Positions 52,808 to 64,000 of a stretch of 64,000 nt of DNA are shown one piece after another; the first letter of the stretch is position 1, and each line of letters starts with the position of its first letter. The stretch is taken from positions 817,680-881,679 of the forward strand of contig OZ037767.1 in assembly GCA_964035545.1 (NCBI GenBank). The letters are read 5' to 3'. This DNA comes from Bugula neritina. Its lineage: Eukaryota > Animalia > Bryozoa. The translations under genes were made by a program, and so were the position numbers. The notes beneath the pieces were generated by a model. The model was not told the origin of the DNA. It saw only the letters and a program-made list of their open reading frames with translations, and did not search any database.

Positions 52808-54210
52808 ATGGCAGCTGTGTATCAAGCTATCCCTACCCAGTCTCCTGATCTTCCTTCTAAAATAAAGGTGATACTCCACTCTATATCATTACAAAAAGAT
52901 TGTAGAAACTTTATTATATGTAATTATACAACCCTATTGTACTATGATGTTATAATTGTACTTTTATGCTATAATATTATAGTACAATAATGTGATATAT
53001 GTGTAGTGATACTAAAACTATATGAAATTAAAATGACAGTCTTTATTGTGCCAGTGCAGGTGAAAGATCACTGAAAGCAAGATCTGCAACTTAACGTAAC
53101 AGCTAGTACTGTTTTATTTAGACAAGTATACAACAAATATACATGAATACTATAATTTATAAGGCGACTTTTCATACTTGATTAGCAGAGTTATAGCTCC
53201 CTATTTGTAAGAGTTTATGGAAAGTTACGAACACTATTAAACAATAATTGGGGTTCAAAATAAAAAAAATAATATTATTGTGAAGCACACAGAATATAAA
53301 ATTTATGTCCTATAGATGCTTATATAAATACAGACAAGCAACGCTTGTTGCAGTAGTGTGTTCAATAGTTGTTTTGTATTAGCCTTATATTATACTTCTT
53401 GGTGTTTTGTCATGCATAATTTTATATTTAAAACATGAGTTATATATAAATACGTGATAACTTGCTTTATACTAGCTGTTACTGTTTATTAAACAAAATA
53501 AACCATTATAGAAAGTAGGTAATTAGTTATAAGAGTATCCACATTTTGTGCGAATGCCATTTTGGTGGAAACTGGAGTTGTCTGCTAAACATGTGTTGCC
53601 TTGGTGTAAAGTGATCAGTCAATATAATACCAGGGTGATGCAACTTTCCATTGTACTTTTATTAACTGCATGTTAAAGCAGCTAGTGAATGATTTCCATC
53701 AAGACAGTATAAAAAATGAACTATTCATTTCAAAGTTTGACAAAAAGAATGGGTTCTTCTTAACTTTAAAATTTAATTAGTTTTTAACTCTTCTATTCGG
53801 TGTGGGAATAACATTATGTAATCACTGTAGTCCTGTTCATTATGCAGTGTAATAAACTAGTAGTCTAGTTGCTTTGGTTACCACTCTATGTGTTGCAGAT
53901 GGATAAGTACACAGGTCTGATTGATGCTCCTAACACTTGGCTCTGCTTCTCAATACTGTCTACATTATGTTGTTGCTGCCCAATGGGAGTTGTTGCCCTT
54001 GTATTCTCACTGAAAAGTGAAGCGGCTAACAAACGAGGAGATTATCCCAAAGCTTCTAAATATGGCAGACTAGCTGCCTGGTTCAACATCACTGCTGTGT
54101 GTGTAACACTCTTTTCTCTGGCTGTCATCTTTATTTACTTATTTACTTGGCACAACGTGACCATTCCGAGGGATAGTACAGTGCATGGGCATCCAATAGT
54201 GCACAAGTGA
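52808..54210 (+). CDS. CD225/dispanin family membrane protein (PRRT/IFITM-like; 123 aa)
   Basis: Exons 52808-52867 and 53899-54210 (phase 0). CD225 signature WLCFSILSTLCCCCPMGVVALVFS...GDYPKASKYGRLA followed by a hydrophobic TM helix. The first exon is less certain than the second. Confidence 0.85.
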
Positions 54211-55499
54211 CTAATTATGAAGACTCTTTTATCTATTGCTCCACTTCCGTAAATAATAAGTTTTTTTGTGTAATTGGAATGAAAAAAGCTATGGACTTTG
54301 CAATCCAATGATTATAACTGATGTGAAAGTTAGGAGTTATCTCAATAATGCATGGCTGATATTTTGGTACAACTATGTATAAATCTAGCATTGCTTCATG
54401 TGCAAAACACATATTATATTATGCCATGAATCTGCGCAGTGACCAGAGATTATACTGCATGATCACGAGAACTATATTATATAATTCTTAAACATAATAA
54501 ACATACATTGTTTGAATAATGGTAATCATGAACAGCTAAATATGTGATTAGCTGTTCATATAGTTAACACCGGTTGAAAGTAAGTTCCTTTAATGTCATA
54601 TTTTTGACAAACTATTTTTAGATTAATGGCAAGTATAATACATTGTCAATGGCTAGCTCAAGTTTTGAAACTTTAACTTGCTTAAATTCCCATAATTTTA
54701 AAAAATGGCTTTTATATCTAAATAAATAATGGTATAATAAAATATGACTGTCACATTAGGAGGCTTTCTATAATTTTGCAAAAAAACCGGAGCAATAGCT
54801 CTTGGAACAGAAAAACATGGTGCTATTCGTCAATACCTATGTCATACTTTGTTATTAAATTATGTCAGCATATATTTCTTCTCTGTACAACAGACAGCTA
54901 TGGTAACGAGTTTAGTTATTCAACTAATTAAATTTAGTCAACTGAAATAATGATTTCACGTAAGAAATTAGCATAAGACTTCTAAGTATGTACTCTGCAT
55001 GACTTATACTATTAAAATACAGAATAATTTGCATAAATTCAAAGCCCTGAGAATAAGCTGTCTGTATAAATGAATTAATCATAGATGTAGAGTGAATAAG
55101 GGAGGCAATGGCGCTGCGTGATGTATTTCAAGCATTAGTGTTCGACATCTATAATCAATTTACAGCTAGCCCTATTAGTTTATTGATTGGAAGATGGTAA
55201 ACCAATTACTTGCCAATATAGATCTGCCTGTAAAACTTAAATGACCCAAAATAATAGGCAGAAACTTTGAACTTCTGTCAAAGAAAACTAGTATAGTTGA
55301 AATTTCAAAACATTCAAAATAAATTGGCTAAAAATATTCCATGTCTTAATTATTGCAACTATATATTAATTACCCTTTTACATTTCTTTTAGAAACTAGC
55401 CAATGTACACCAATTATTATAATATATAATATTGGCGAGAGAATGGTGCATCTAATTTTAGTTGGTCAGTGTTGGGGTTTCCTAGAGAACGCCAACTCT

Positions 55500-55930
55500 A
55501 TTCTAAAGACACCCGGCCTTAAAATTTGCGCGGCTTATGACTAACTACAGATTATTACGATCTCGTTGGATCGTCAGCTGTTTAGAGCCGCGCAATTTTA
55601 GTTTATAAATTTGCGCGCTAACAAACCAATAAAAATACAGTTGGACGCAATTAAGTAAAAGTAATTTCTATTTATTTTCAGAAGTACGTCTGGAAATTAT
55701 TATTGCTTTATTGTGTTTATTTCGTAAAATTTTAAATAGAAACAGCAAAACTTATCTTCTTGTAAAATACTACACAAACTGTGAGCGCGTATAATTTTAC
55801 ATACGCGGAGCACTGGCTCCGTAAATTTCCCGGCCACCTTGCCTAACCTGTAAGTTTTACAACACGATCAGTGTATCGTATTGTTGCTGCAGCAAACTCG
55901 TATAAAAATCTGCATGAGTTTAATGCCGCT
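55500..55930 (+). promoter_or_regulatory. CpG-enriched putative promoter, probably of the gene at 62.9 kb
   Basis: Cluster of CGCG motifs and a CCAAT box in otherwise CpG-poor DNA. Confidence 0.4.
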
Positions 55931-58900
55931 TAATTAATAGAAAAAAAAGAAGAAAAAGCGAATGTGGTAAGATATTACAGACATAACATTCTAGTGCATT
56001 TTGATTAATGTGGACAAAAGATATTATTATTTTTGTCCCGGTCAGACCGATACTCAATCCGAGTCTCAGTCTGGGTGTGATGTTGGTATTGAGTTTGACT
56101 GTCACTGTGAGTGTTGTAAGTTTTCCTGTTGTCTGTTGGCGTTGCTGTCTGTGTCGGTATCGCTGTATGTGAATGTCAGTTTAACACTCGCATTGACCCT
56201 CGCAGCCAATATGAATATCGCTATCAGTATCAACCTCGCTATCAGGTAGAGGTATCAAAAGTTCATTTTCAGTGTCACTGTCACAGTCACTGTCAGCGTG
56301 AGTGCGAGTCAGAGTACCATAGCCCATACTGATACTTAGTCTTATACATATAGTTATAGTAGACCTATGCTTAAACTAAGACTAAAACCAAATATTGATA
56401 CCTAGGGATAGTCATAGTGATGGAGAGTAACTGTAAGCGTTGTAGCGTTTGTTTTCTGTAACCCGGTGCAGTCGAGGTTGATATGATAAGTGAATTTGGT
56501 GTTATTAACAAAGTCCAGTTTCACCAAAAATTTCATTTGTAGATGTTAATATCACTGATAGTCAAAGCGTGAAGGTGTTACTTTTGGCCAAGCTTTTAAA
56601 TTCAACACATTTTCACTTTGGCATTGCGATAGTTTGACTTCATAATTTTATAATGATAATCGTATTATTTATGTAAACATTATTGCTTAACCCTGTGGTA
56701 ATCTTGCACGTGCTGAGTGTGATAATGCTGTAGTAAGACTAAGTATCGTGATATTAAATTTAATAATTATAATAATTATGCTATGACTAATGAGTGTATA
56801 TAATAGTTTTACTAAAAAAGTCGATCTAATACTAATAACAGTGGTGATTGTTATTATAATTAGTTATACTTGTACTTGATACTTAGAAATATTGATGCTC
56901 ATAATTATTGGCTAAGTTGCAAAGTATCAATTTGTCTTGGCACTAGTAGTGCATTACTAACCTACTAGTATTCCTACTCACTGTGAATATGGTTTGTATA
57001 TGTGCATATTGTAACACTGATTTTATCTGCCAGGCTAAAGAGAAATTAAGTTGTGACAACATTGCACTCAAAATGACTGCCAGTCTGTCAAAAAGCTATA
57101 GCTCGCGGTCATAGTGTCATAGTGGTTTCAGCTTTACTCTTTTACTCCAGATATGTCTAAATATCAGCTACAAGGTTGAATAACAACCCCTATATTCATG
57201 TAGAAACTTGTAGTTCGAATCTGTTGATTAAGTGGTCATTGCGTAGAGTAATATTTTGTATGGTTGTGGATATCTTTTGAGTCAGTCTGGTTGCTTTAAG
57301 CTTTCTATTTATGAGTTCACAATTTTTGGACTACAAGTATAATTAAATGACAGTTTAGACCTTAGTTCAAAGTTTCATCTAGATATTAGTATTCTAGAAA
57401 TTAGTACTAGTATTCGATGATGCCCAACACTAGAATCTTCAGCCAATTAAGTTTTTGTATTATTTAGCAGTTATTTTTACTAGTAATTTTAATTAATTTT
57501 AATTATTTAATGTTGGCCCTAATTTTTAGAAAACAACCTGTTTACTTGCACTCTTTTATGAAATCTTCTTTTTTTTCTTGTTGGTGTGAACGGCCACTAT
57601 TTGATATTTGACTTTCTTGCAAAAATTCTCTAGAGCTTAACTTTTTTGGAGGTGTTCTGTTGTTTAAGGCTTTATTTTGAAATTTTATCTTTATCTAAAT
57701 AAAATGCTTTCCTGGATGAATCTCCTATTTTAGGCCTGATGTAGTCAATTAGCTCATCTTGTGAGTTGTTAAACAGAATTTGATTATACCTATTCAAAAT
57801 TTCATCAGCAATTGAGTAGTTTTTAACTAGACTAGAAAGTTATAGAAAAAAATTAAAAGTTATCCCCTGCAAGATTGAAATGGATGTTACAAGATTAATA
57901 GTTTACTCAAGTATATAGATAATTATGTCTTTCCTTTTAAGAAAAAAAAGCGATAAAACTGCATATATAATGCAAATAATTTAATATAAATAATGTAATA
58001 TAATATAAATAATATAGCATAAATAATATGATGGTAATAATATAGCGTATATTATATGATATAGATAATATAATAGAAATAATATGCCACAGATAATATA
58101 GTACAAGTGGTATAATAGAAGAAACCATATTAATTCTCTGTTTCATTAAAAAGTGGCACCAGGTTAAGAATCTTCTAATCATAATGTCTATTCAATAATC
58201 TATCATTTACACTTGATAAATGACGATAAATCTAGTTGGTTAAATATTTTGTAATCTCAATCACACATTATTATTAGCAAATTACCTTTTTATAAGCCCT
58301 AAGATTAATTAAACTTGTCACAGTGAAGAGTCAAGGGTAGCTTAAGAGCGTGTTTAATATTAAATTTATACTTTGAATTATCTCTCTTCTCCTGCTTACG
58401 TCAACCGCTCCCTATAGGAGTAATCACCCCCTATCATCCAGTTTTATGTTCACTGTTGTCTTTAGAGTGTAGAATTTAGCTTAAAGTTAAATCCGTTGAA
58501 ATTGCTTGTTGCCAGTTCAGGTGGTATTCCGCCCAGATATTATTTGAAGTATGAAGCATGTTTTCCAGAATAGCTTTTATATTTCTCATATTGGGGAAAT
58601 TAGAACTAAGGAACTGAAAAGTTGTCTTTCGAATAGTGTTTATGCTTTTGAAGGTAGCTAGAGCCTGCTGATTATAAGGTAACAATTCGCCTTCTGCTGG
58701 AATCTAGAAACTGGAGTCTGTTAGTTGAGAAGGGATTAAGCAAGTACATTTAGGTCATATGTTCATCAATAATTATCTTTCACGTATTATGTACTTGTCA
58801 TCTTTGTTTTTGTATGTTTACAAATTTTCAGTTTGGAGGAGCCTTTTCAATTGTATTCAAATATTCTGGAAAACTAAATATGTGAAATTTCCAAAATCAT

Positions 58901-61627
58901 CGGAATTGATTTACATAAATTTTCTATAAAGGGCAAAACATTTTTAAAATGTTATCTTAAAATTTAAAATGTTTTCTAAATTGAAAACTGCAGTGAACGA
59001 TGGTGTATTAGACAGTGTGTTTGGTGAGGCTCACAGCAATGCATTTCTGGTCTTTTGCACACAGTAAAGGTATCCAAGGGATAAGAAAATACTTTGGCCA
59101 CCCCCACTCCGTTCTATTTTTTAATTTCCTCTGAAGTTTAGTTTTATTTGTCAAAATAATTATAAGCAGTTGGTGGAGTGACACCTGGCACCAGCGGTTA
59201 CAGAGCATACTCGGTATTTTTTATCTCCTGTCAAGTCTCTGAATTCCTTAGAATGTTTTAGTCAGCAAAATCAATCAATCACAAAGTATTTACTTTCAGA
59301 TGTGCCCCTTACTTGTCCCATTTCATTTATTTCTGGTCATGACTCTTGAACACCCTCTTGATATTTTAAAAATTGTAAGTACTTTTAATTCCTGGTGCCT
59401 GAACCTCCCTTGTTGAGTTGGTAATTGAATTTTTACAGCTTCTTCAATCACCTGAAAAGTCAAGCGTTTCATAGATTTATTTTAATTTTAGAAGTTTCAA
59501 CTTTCTAAAAAAAACTATTTCAAGTCTTCTTGGCTTGTATTTTAAACTAAAAAGAAACTGAAGGGAGTCATTTCAGCCACAAATATGATATTTGGTGAAT
59601 TCTAAGCCGATATACCCCCACACTTCTCTCTGTTTTTTTTACATGCACTCTGGAGGTAGTCCAAAATTACCTGCCTTCTAGGGTAAGAAATAGATTTGCA
59701 GTAAATATAATTCACTCTACAACATATGCATCTCCACTATACCAGGTCCCTGCTATTGTACTTCTTGTCACTATTATAGCAAATTATTACTAAAGTCGCA
59801 TTGCTTTCTCCACACAGTATGATTATCCCCCGAGGTGCAATCTGTGAAGGAAATACGTAAACTTCTCATCTTTTTTTCCACCAGCAAATAATTAGGAAGG
59901 AATAGCTAAGCTAGGAGAGTATTTACAAGGCAGTGGTCTAGTTTGACTGGAAGCTAGAAAGAGGTCTTCATTTCTGCAACTGATATCTTGTATGGGAACG
60001 AACTATTGCTGTAAAGTTTTAGGATAACTTTTTACGTGTCCAAATTGTTATGGATATATTCTATTTTCATCAGCAGCTATGGAATTTAGTACTCACGATT
60101 TTTCTCAAGTGCTCAAGTTTTTGTTAAAAATCTGCTAAACCAAGACAGCTAGCTTAATCTGTAACCCTAGACTGTTACCTCCACTCACTGTTGATATAGT
60201 AACTTGTACACCATAGGTTTCATATTATTCATATCAAAACTGGCCATACGATGACGTCACAAGCTGAGGCAGCAAAATGATTGGAGATGAGCACCACATA
60301 GTGACCTCAGCAGCCTACATACATCTCCTACTTTGTGCTCACTTGCCTGCTAATACAACTCCCCTCACTAGCTCCCCTCGCTAGCTCCCCTCACTATAGC
60401 TCCCCTCACTAACTCCCCTCACTAGCAGTGTAGTTGGCATATTTACCTACTAATTATCGCGTTTTAATAAGTGATAATAGGCTGCAAAATGAAGTATGAT
60501 TATGTAAGGGAAAGGCAAGGTCTTTTCTCTTTCATCTCCTGGTTGATTTTTTAAATAAATTTCCTGGCTGGATAAGTTTGATTAAATCACGCGGTATATT
60601 CTCACTCCCCAGGCTCTGAAGGCGAGATCATTTAGCTAATTTGTGCAACATTTCAAGGTCACGGTTAATAGAGGTACTCCATCGTTTGCTACTGCCGTCT
60701 GCGAATTTATCACATTGAAAAGTGAAAAACAAAGAGTTTGGTTTCATTTTTTGTAAAATTGTGCTGGTTTAGTTAAATCTTCAAAAGACTATGTGAACTT
60801 AAGTTATATAGAAGTTGTTTTGCATCAATCTTAGAGTTTTATCTCTTCCTAGGCTTGCCTTGGCTTCATGTGCAATACTTGGAAGTATTTTTGTCTTTAA
60901 CCATAGTAACTGTCGGAGAGTTCTGCTTTTTGGTCTCTAGCGAGGTTATTCTTGGATAAGAGGGTTTTATATTGGCAAATGTTCATGTGGGCACATGCTA
61001 GATGTTTGTGGTCTAACTGAATCCTTCTCATTTCGGCATACACGTCATCAAAGCCCACCCTGCAAATTCTTGAAGAGCTGCCCTTGTGCGTACTAGTAGT
61101 ATGCTATTCTACTATAGCCTCCCGTCAGTCAGGCAGCAATATTCGTAGTAAGGAAAGCAAGAAACTGATTCCTTCACTTAGAGTTTAGACCAATCGCTGT
61201 GTGGCTCAGCCTCAATTGCTTGAATACTTTCAGAGTAGTTAGCCGTTTTCATAAATCTAATTACAAAAACTGCGAATAGTGCCTGCATCATCAATCATGC
61301 TGTTAACTATAGCCACTGCTGGAGATTTTCTTGATTTTGAAACAACCAACTGTTAGGTGATTGAGGTGTGTGTGAATAACTTGCATTGTCTTGAGTCAGG
61401 TGGGTTTTCTGCAATCTTTACTAGTTGATTATTGAGCTCAATAATTTCTTGGTTTATTTGTGGAAATATTTACTTTTATAGCAGTATATTCCAATTTTGT
61501 TCTATTGCAGTCTGAATGAAATGATAGCTCCAGGCTGAAGAAATTGTTTTAGTTTTATGAAACAGCAACAAACAAATTAATCAGTGATTGTAAATGTTTT
61601 AGTAGTGTCTTTCCATTTATGAGTTCA

Positions 61628-61750
61628 CAGTATCACAGTTAGTGAGTTAGTAGGGCACTTTGTGACAGTGTCACAGTTAGTGAGTTAGTAGGGCACTTTG
61701 TGACAGTGTCACAGTTCGTGAGTTAGTAGGGCACTTTGTGACAGTGTCAC
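61628..61750. repeat. 38-bp minisatellite, about 3.2 copies
   Basis: cagtgtcacagttagtgagttagtagggcactttgtga. Confidence 0.85.
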
Positions 61751-62334
61751 TGGGGCCACTGCTTTGTTATTTTCAAAAGTTATTACTTTGTACTGAACTC
61801 GGTCCCATTGTGAAAGTCTCCTTGTAAGACAGTCACAATGATGGAAGCTGCCAAAATTGCACATGTCTTTTGAGTTATCAGCAGCTACTCCCAAGGTTAC
61901 AGTCTCCGTCAACTGTAACCTAAAATTCAATGCCCTGGGCTAATGGATTTCATTGCCTACGTAGCTTTTGAACATGTGTACTGTTGGAAATATTGTTTCT
62001 AGTTTACTTAATATGCAACCTCTGCAGACTGTTAAATCTAGCAGCAGCAGCAGCAGCAGCGTAATGTCATCCTAAATGTCAGGTGACTCTGCATGTGCAG
62101 ATAGTACATTCTGGCCACATTTCACGTGGTTACACACCTACGACTCTATATTGTGTCAGTACTCCTCCACTTATTGTAACTTGCTAGTAGTACTCGACGT
62201 GCCTGCTGTTTATATTAGGTAATAGATTGATCGTATTGTGTAGCTTTTCAACTGGACAAAGGAAAGGGATGGGCGGCTGCTGATAAAGTTGTTGGGTTTG
62301 TTTGAAGGCCTAGTAATTCATGTGTTTAGTTTAC

Positions 62335-62680
62335 TACTAGTCACTATTCTACTAGTCACTACTCTACTAGTCATTGTTAGTCACTACTCTACTAGTCACT
62401 GTTAGTCACTACTCTACTAGTCACTATTCTACTAGTCACTACTCTACTAGTCACTGTTAGTCACTACTCTACTAGTCACTACGCTACTAGTCACTACTCT
62501 ACTAGTCACTACTCTACTAGTCACTACTCTACTAGTCACTACTCTACTAGTCACTACCCTACTAGTCACTACTCTACTAGTCACTACCCTACTAGTCACT
62601 ACTCTACTAGTCACTACTCTACTAGTCACTACTCTACTAGTCACTACGCTACTAGTCACTCTGTACAGTCACTCTGTACT
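62335..62680. repeat. 15-bp minisatellite ctagtcactactcta, about 22 copies
   Basis: Source of the VVTSR ORF. Confidence 0.9.
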
Positions 62681-62940
62681 CCCTGAGTAAATATATAATA
62701 TAGACAAGCACATGAGTTTCATATTAGCCATACTGGTCGGTATATTATACTGTGTACCTCCCCACTGCGTGCTTCCATTGTATGCTGACTTTGTATGCTG
62801 ACTTTGTACTGTCTATGAGTCAGCAGCAGCATGTTTCATATTCTTCAGAAGACACCCGAAGACCGCAATGACAGCTGAATCAAAGTTACACCATCACATT
62901 ATGTAGAGTCAGCAATCTGCCAGTCAGCTTCGAGGTGGCC

Positions 62941-63771
62941 ATGGATTACAGCATGATGCCACCTCCACCCAGCTCAACCTGCTCTGGCAGCGTAGTGGCA
63001 GCAGGGCCAGTCTCTGCTGACTTCAGTGGGGGAGGAGGTGCTCCTCTCTACTCTGAGCCCTCACAGAGTCAGTTGTTCAGTGGGGAGCAGCAAACTACTC
63101 CCGGAGTCAACCAGCCCCCACAACACCAGCAGTATAAGGTAAGTACGTTAGAGTAAGTACGCAACACCAGCAGTATAAGGTAAGTACGTTAGAGTAAGTA
63201 CGCAACACCAGCAGTATAAGGTAAGTACGTTAGAGTAAGTACGCAACACCAGCAGTATAAGGTAAGTATGTTAGAGTAAGTACGCTACACCAGCAGTATA
63301 AGGTAAGTATGTTAGAGTAAGTACGCAACACCAGCAGTATAAGGTAAGTGCATTAGAGTAAGTATATTTGCCTGTTATTGTCAACTTAGTAGTTGTTTTC
63401 TCTTCTGCAGCCACATTTCTCAGGGAGAGCCAATGTGAACAGACCACCACCTCTCAGCCTACACCAGACCTACTACAGGGATATCTCCACATCCTCGTTG
63501 GCCCACTCGGCACACTACCACGCCGAGCAGAGCCCCCACTGCATGCCCGCCAGCCCCCACCATGTGGCCCACAGTCCTCACGTAGCCCACAGTCCCCATG
63601 TCGATCAAAGTCCGAGGGGTATAGCTCACAGTCCTCACCTGTCACAGAACGCACACATTCTGCACAGACAGACTTCGGGCTCACATCTGGTTCAGAGTCC
63701 GCACTTAGCCCACAGTCCTCATCTCAACAGCTTCCAGCCGGGCAGCGACATGAGCCCCAGACCCACTCCAG
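62941..63771 (+). CDS. 5' part of an unidentified gene encoding a Pro/Gln/Ser-Pro-His-rich low-complexity N-terminus (continues beyond the window)
   Basis: gccATGg at 62941 with an in-frame upstream stop; exons 62941-63138 and 63411-63771 with consensus GT/AG; acceptor at 62848; repeated (A/Q)HSPH-type motifs. Confidence 0.75.
63121..63365. repeat. 41-bp donor-spanning minisatellite x6
   Basis: caacaccagcagtataag|gtaagtacgttagagtaagtacg. Confidence 0.95.
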
Positions 63772-64000
63772 GTGAGATCTTAGTTTGCCTTTCGGTTGAC
63801 TTAGAGCTTTGGAGCTTTAGTTACGTTGTGACAGTGTAGCATTTTACTTCGGGAAGGGGGGTACAGGGGTACTATTCTCACTCTAGTGTCAGTTACTCTA
63901 GTCATCAGTTACTATAGTGTCAGTCAGTGTAAGTATAGTCAGTTACTTACAGCTTCAACTACACCAACTCGGCTAGTAATTCACTGCATTTGATGCCATC

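Overview
AT-rich, intron-rich eukaryotic (metazoan, invertebrate-like) genomic DNA; the species cannot be determined from the window. Gene models were assembled by hand from GT-AG junctions and frame continuity. Complete genes: G-alpha-q (+, 8 coding exons, 354 aa), BCKDHA (-, 7 exons, 433 aa), BAZ1A/ACF1 (+, 26 exons, ~1471 aa), a cytosolic alpha-carbonic anhydrase (+, 6 exons, 267 aa), FEZ/UNC-76 (-, 10 exons including an 18-nt microexon, ~401 aa) and a CD225/dispanin (+, 2 exons, 123 aa). Also present: a candidate 54-aa small ORF and the 5' part of an unidentified Ser-Pro-His-rich gene. An intact, very young Ty3/Gypsy (Mag-like) LTR retrotransposon (15070-19764; identical 195-bp LTRs, ATACT TSD, PBS resembling elongator tRNA-Met) lies 5' of the BCKDHA start codon. 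The most unusual signal is a pervasive set of intron-private minisatellites anchored on splice junctions. Many units contain the exon end plus GT donor, or the AG acceptor plus exon start, producing arrays of up to 6-10 near-identical decoy splice sites. Almost all decoys lead to stop codons or frameshifts; two give in-frame insertions. A degenerate 6-bp periodicity flanking each putative promoter is a second unexplained pattern. Most short ORFs in the supplied track are repeat artefacts.
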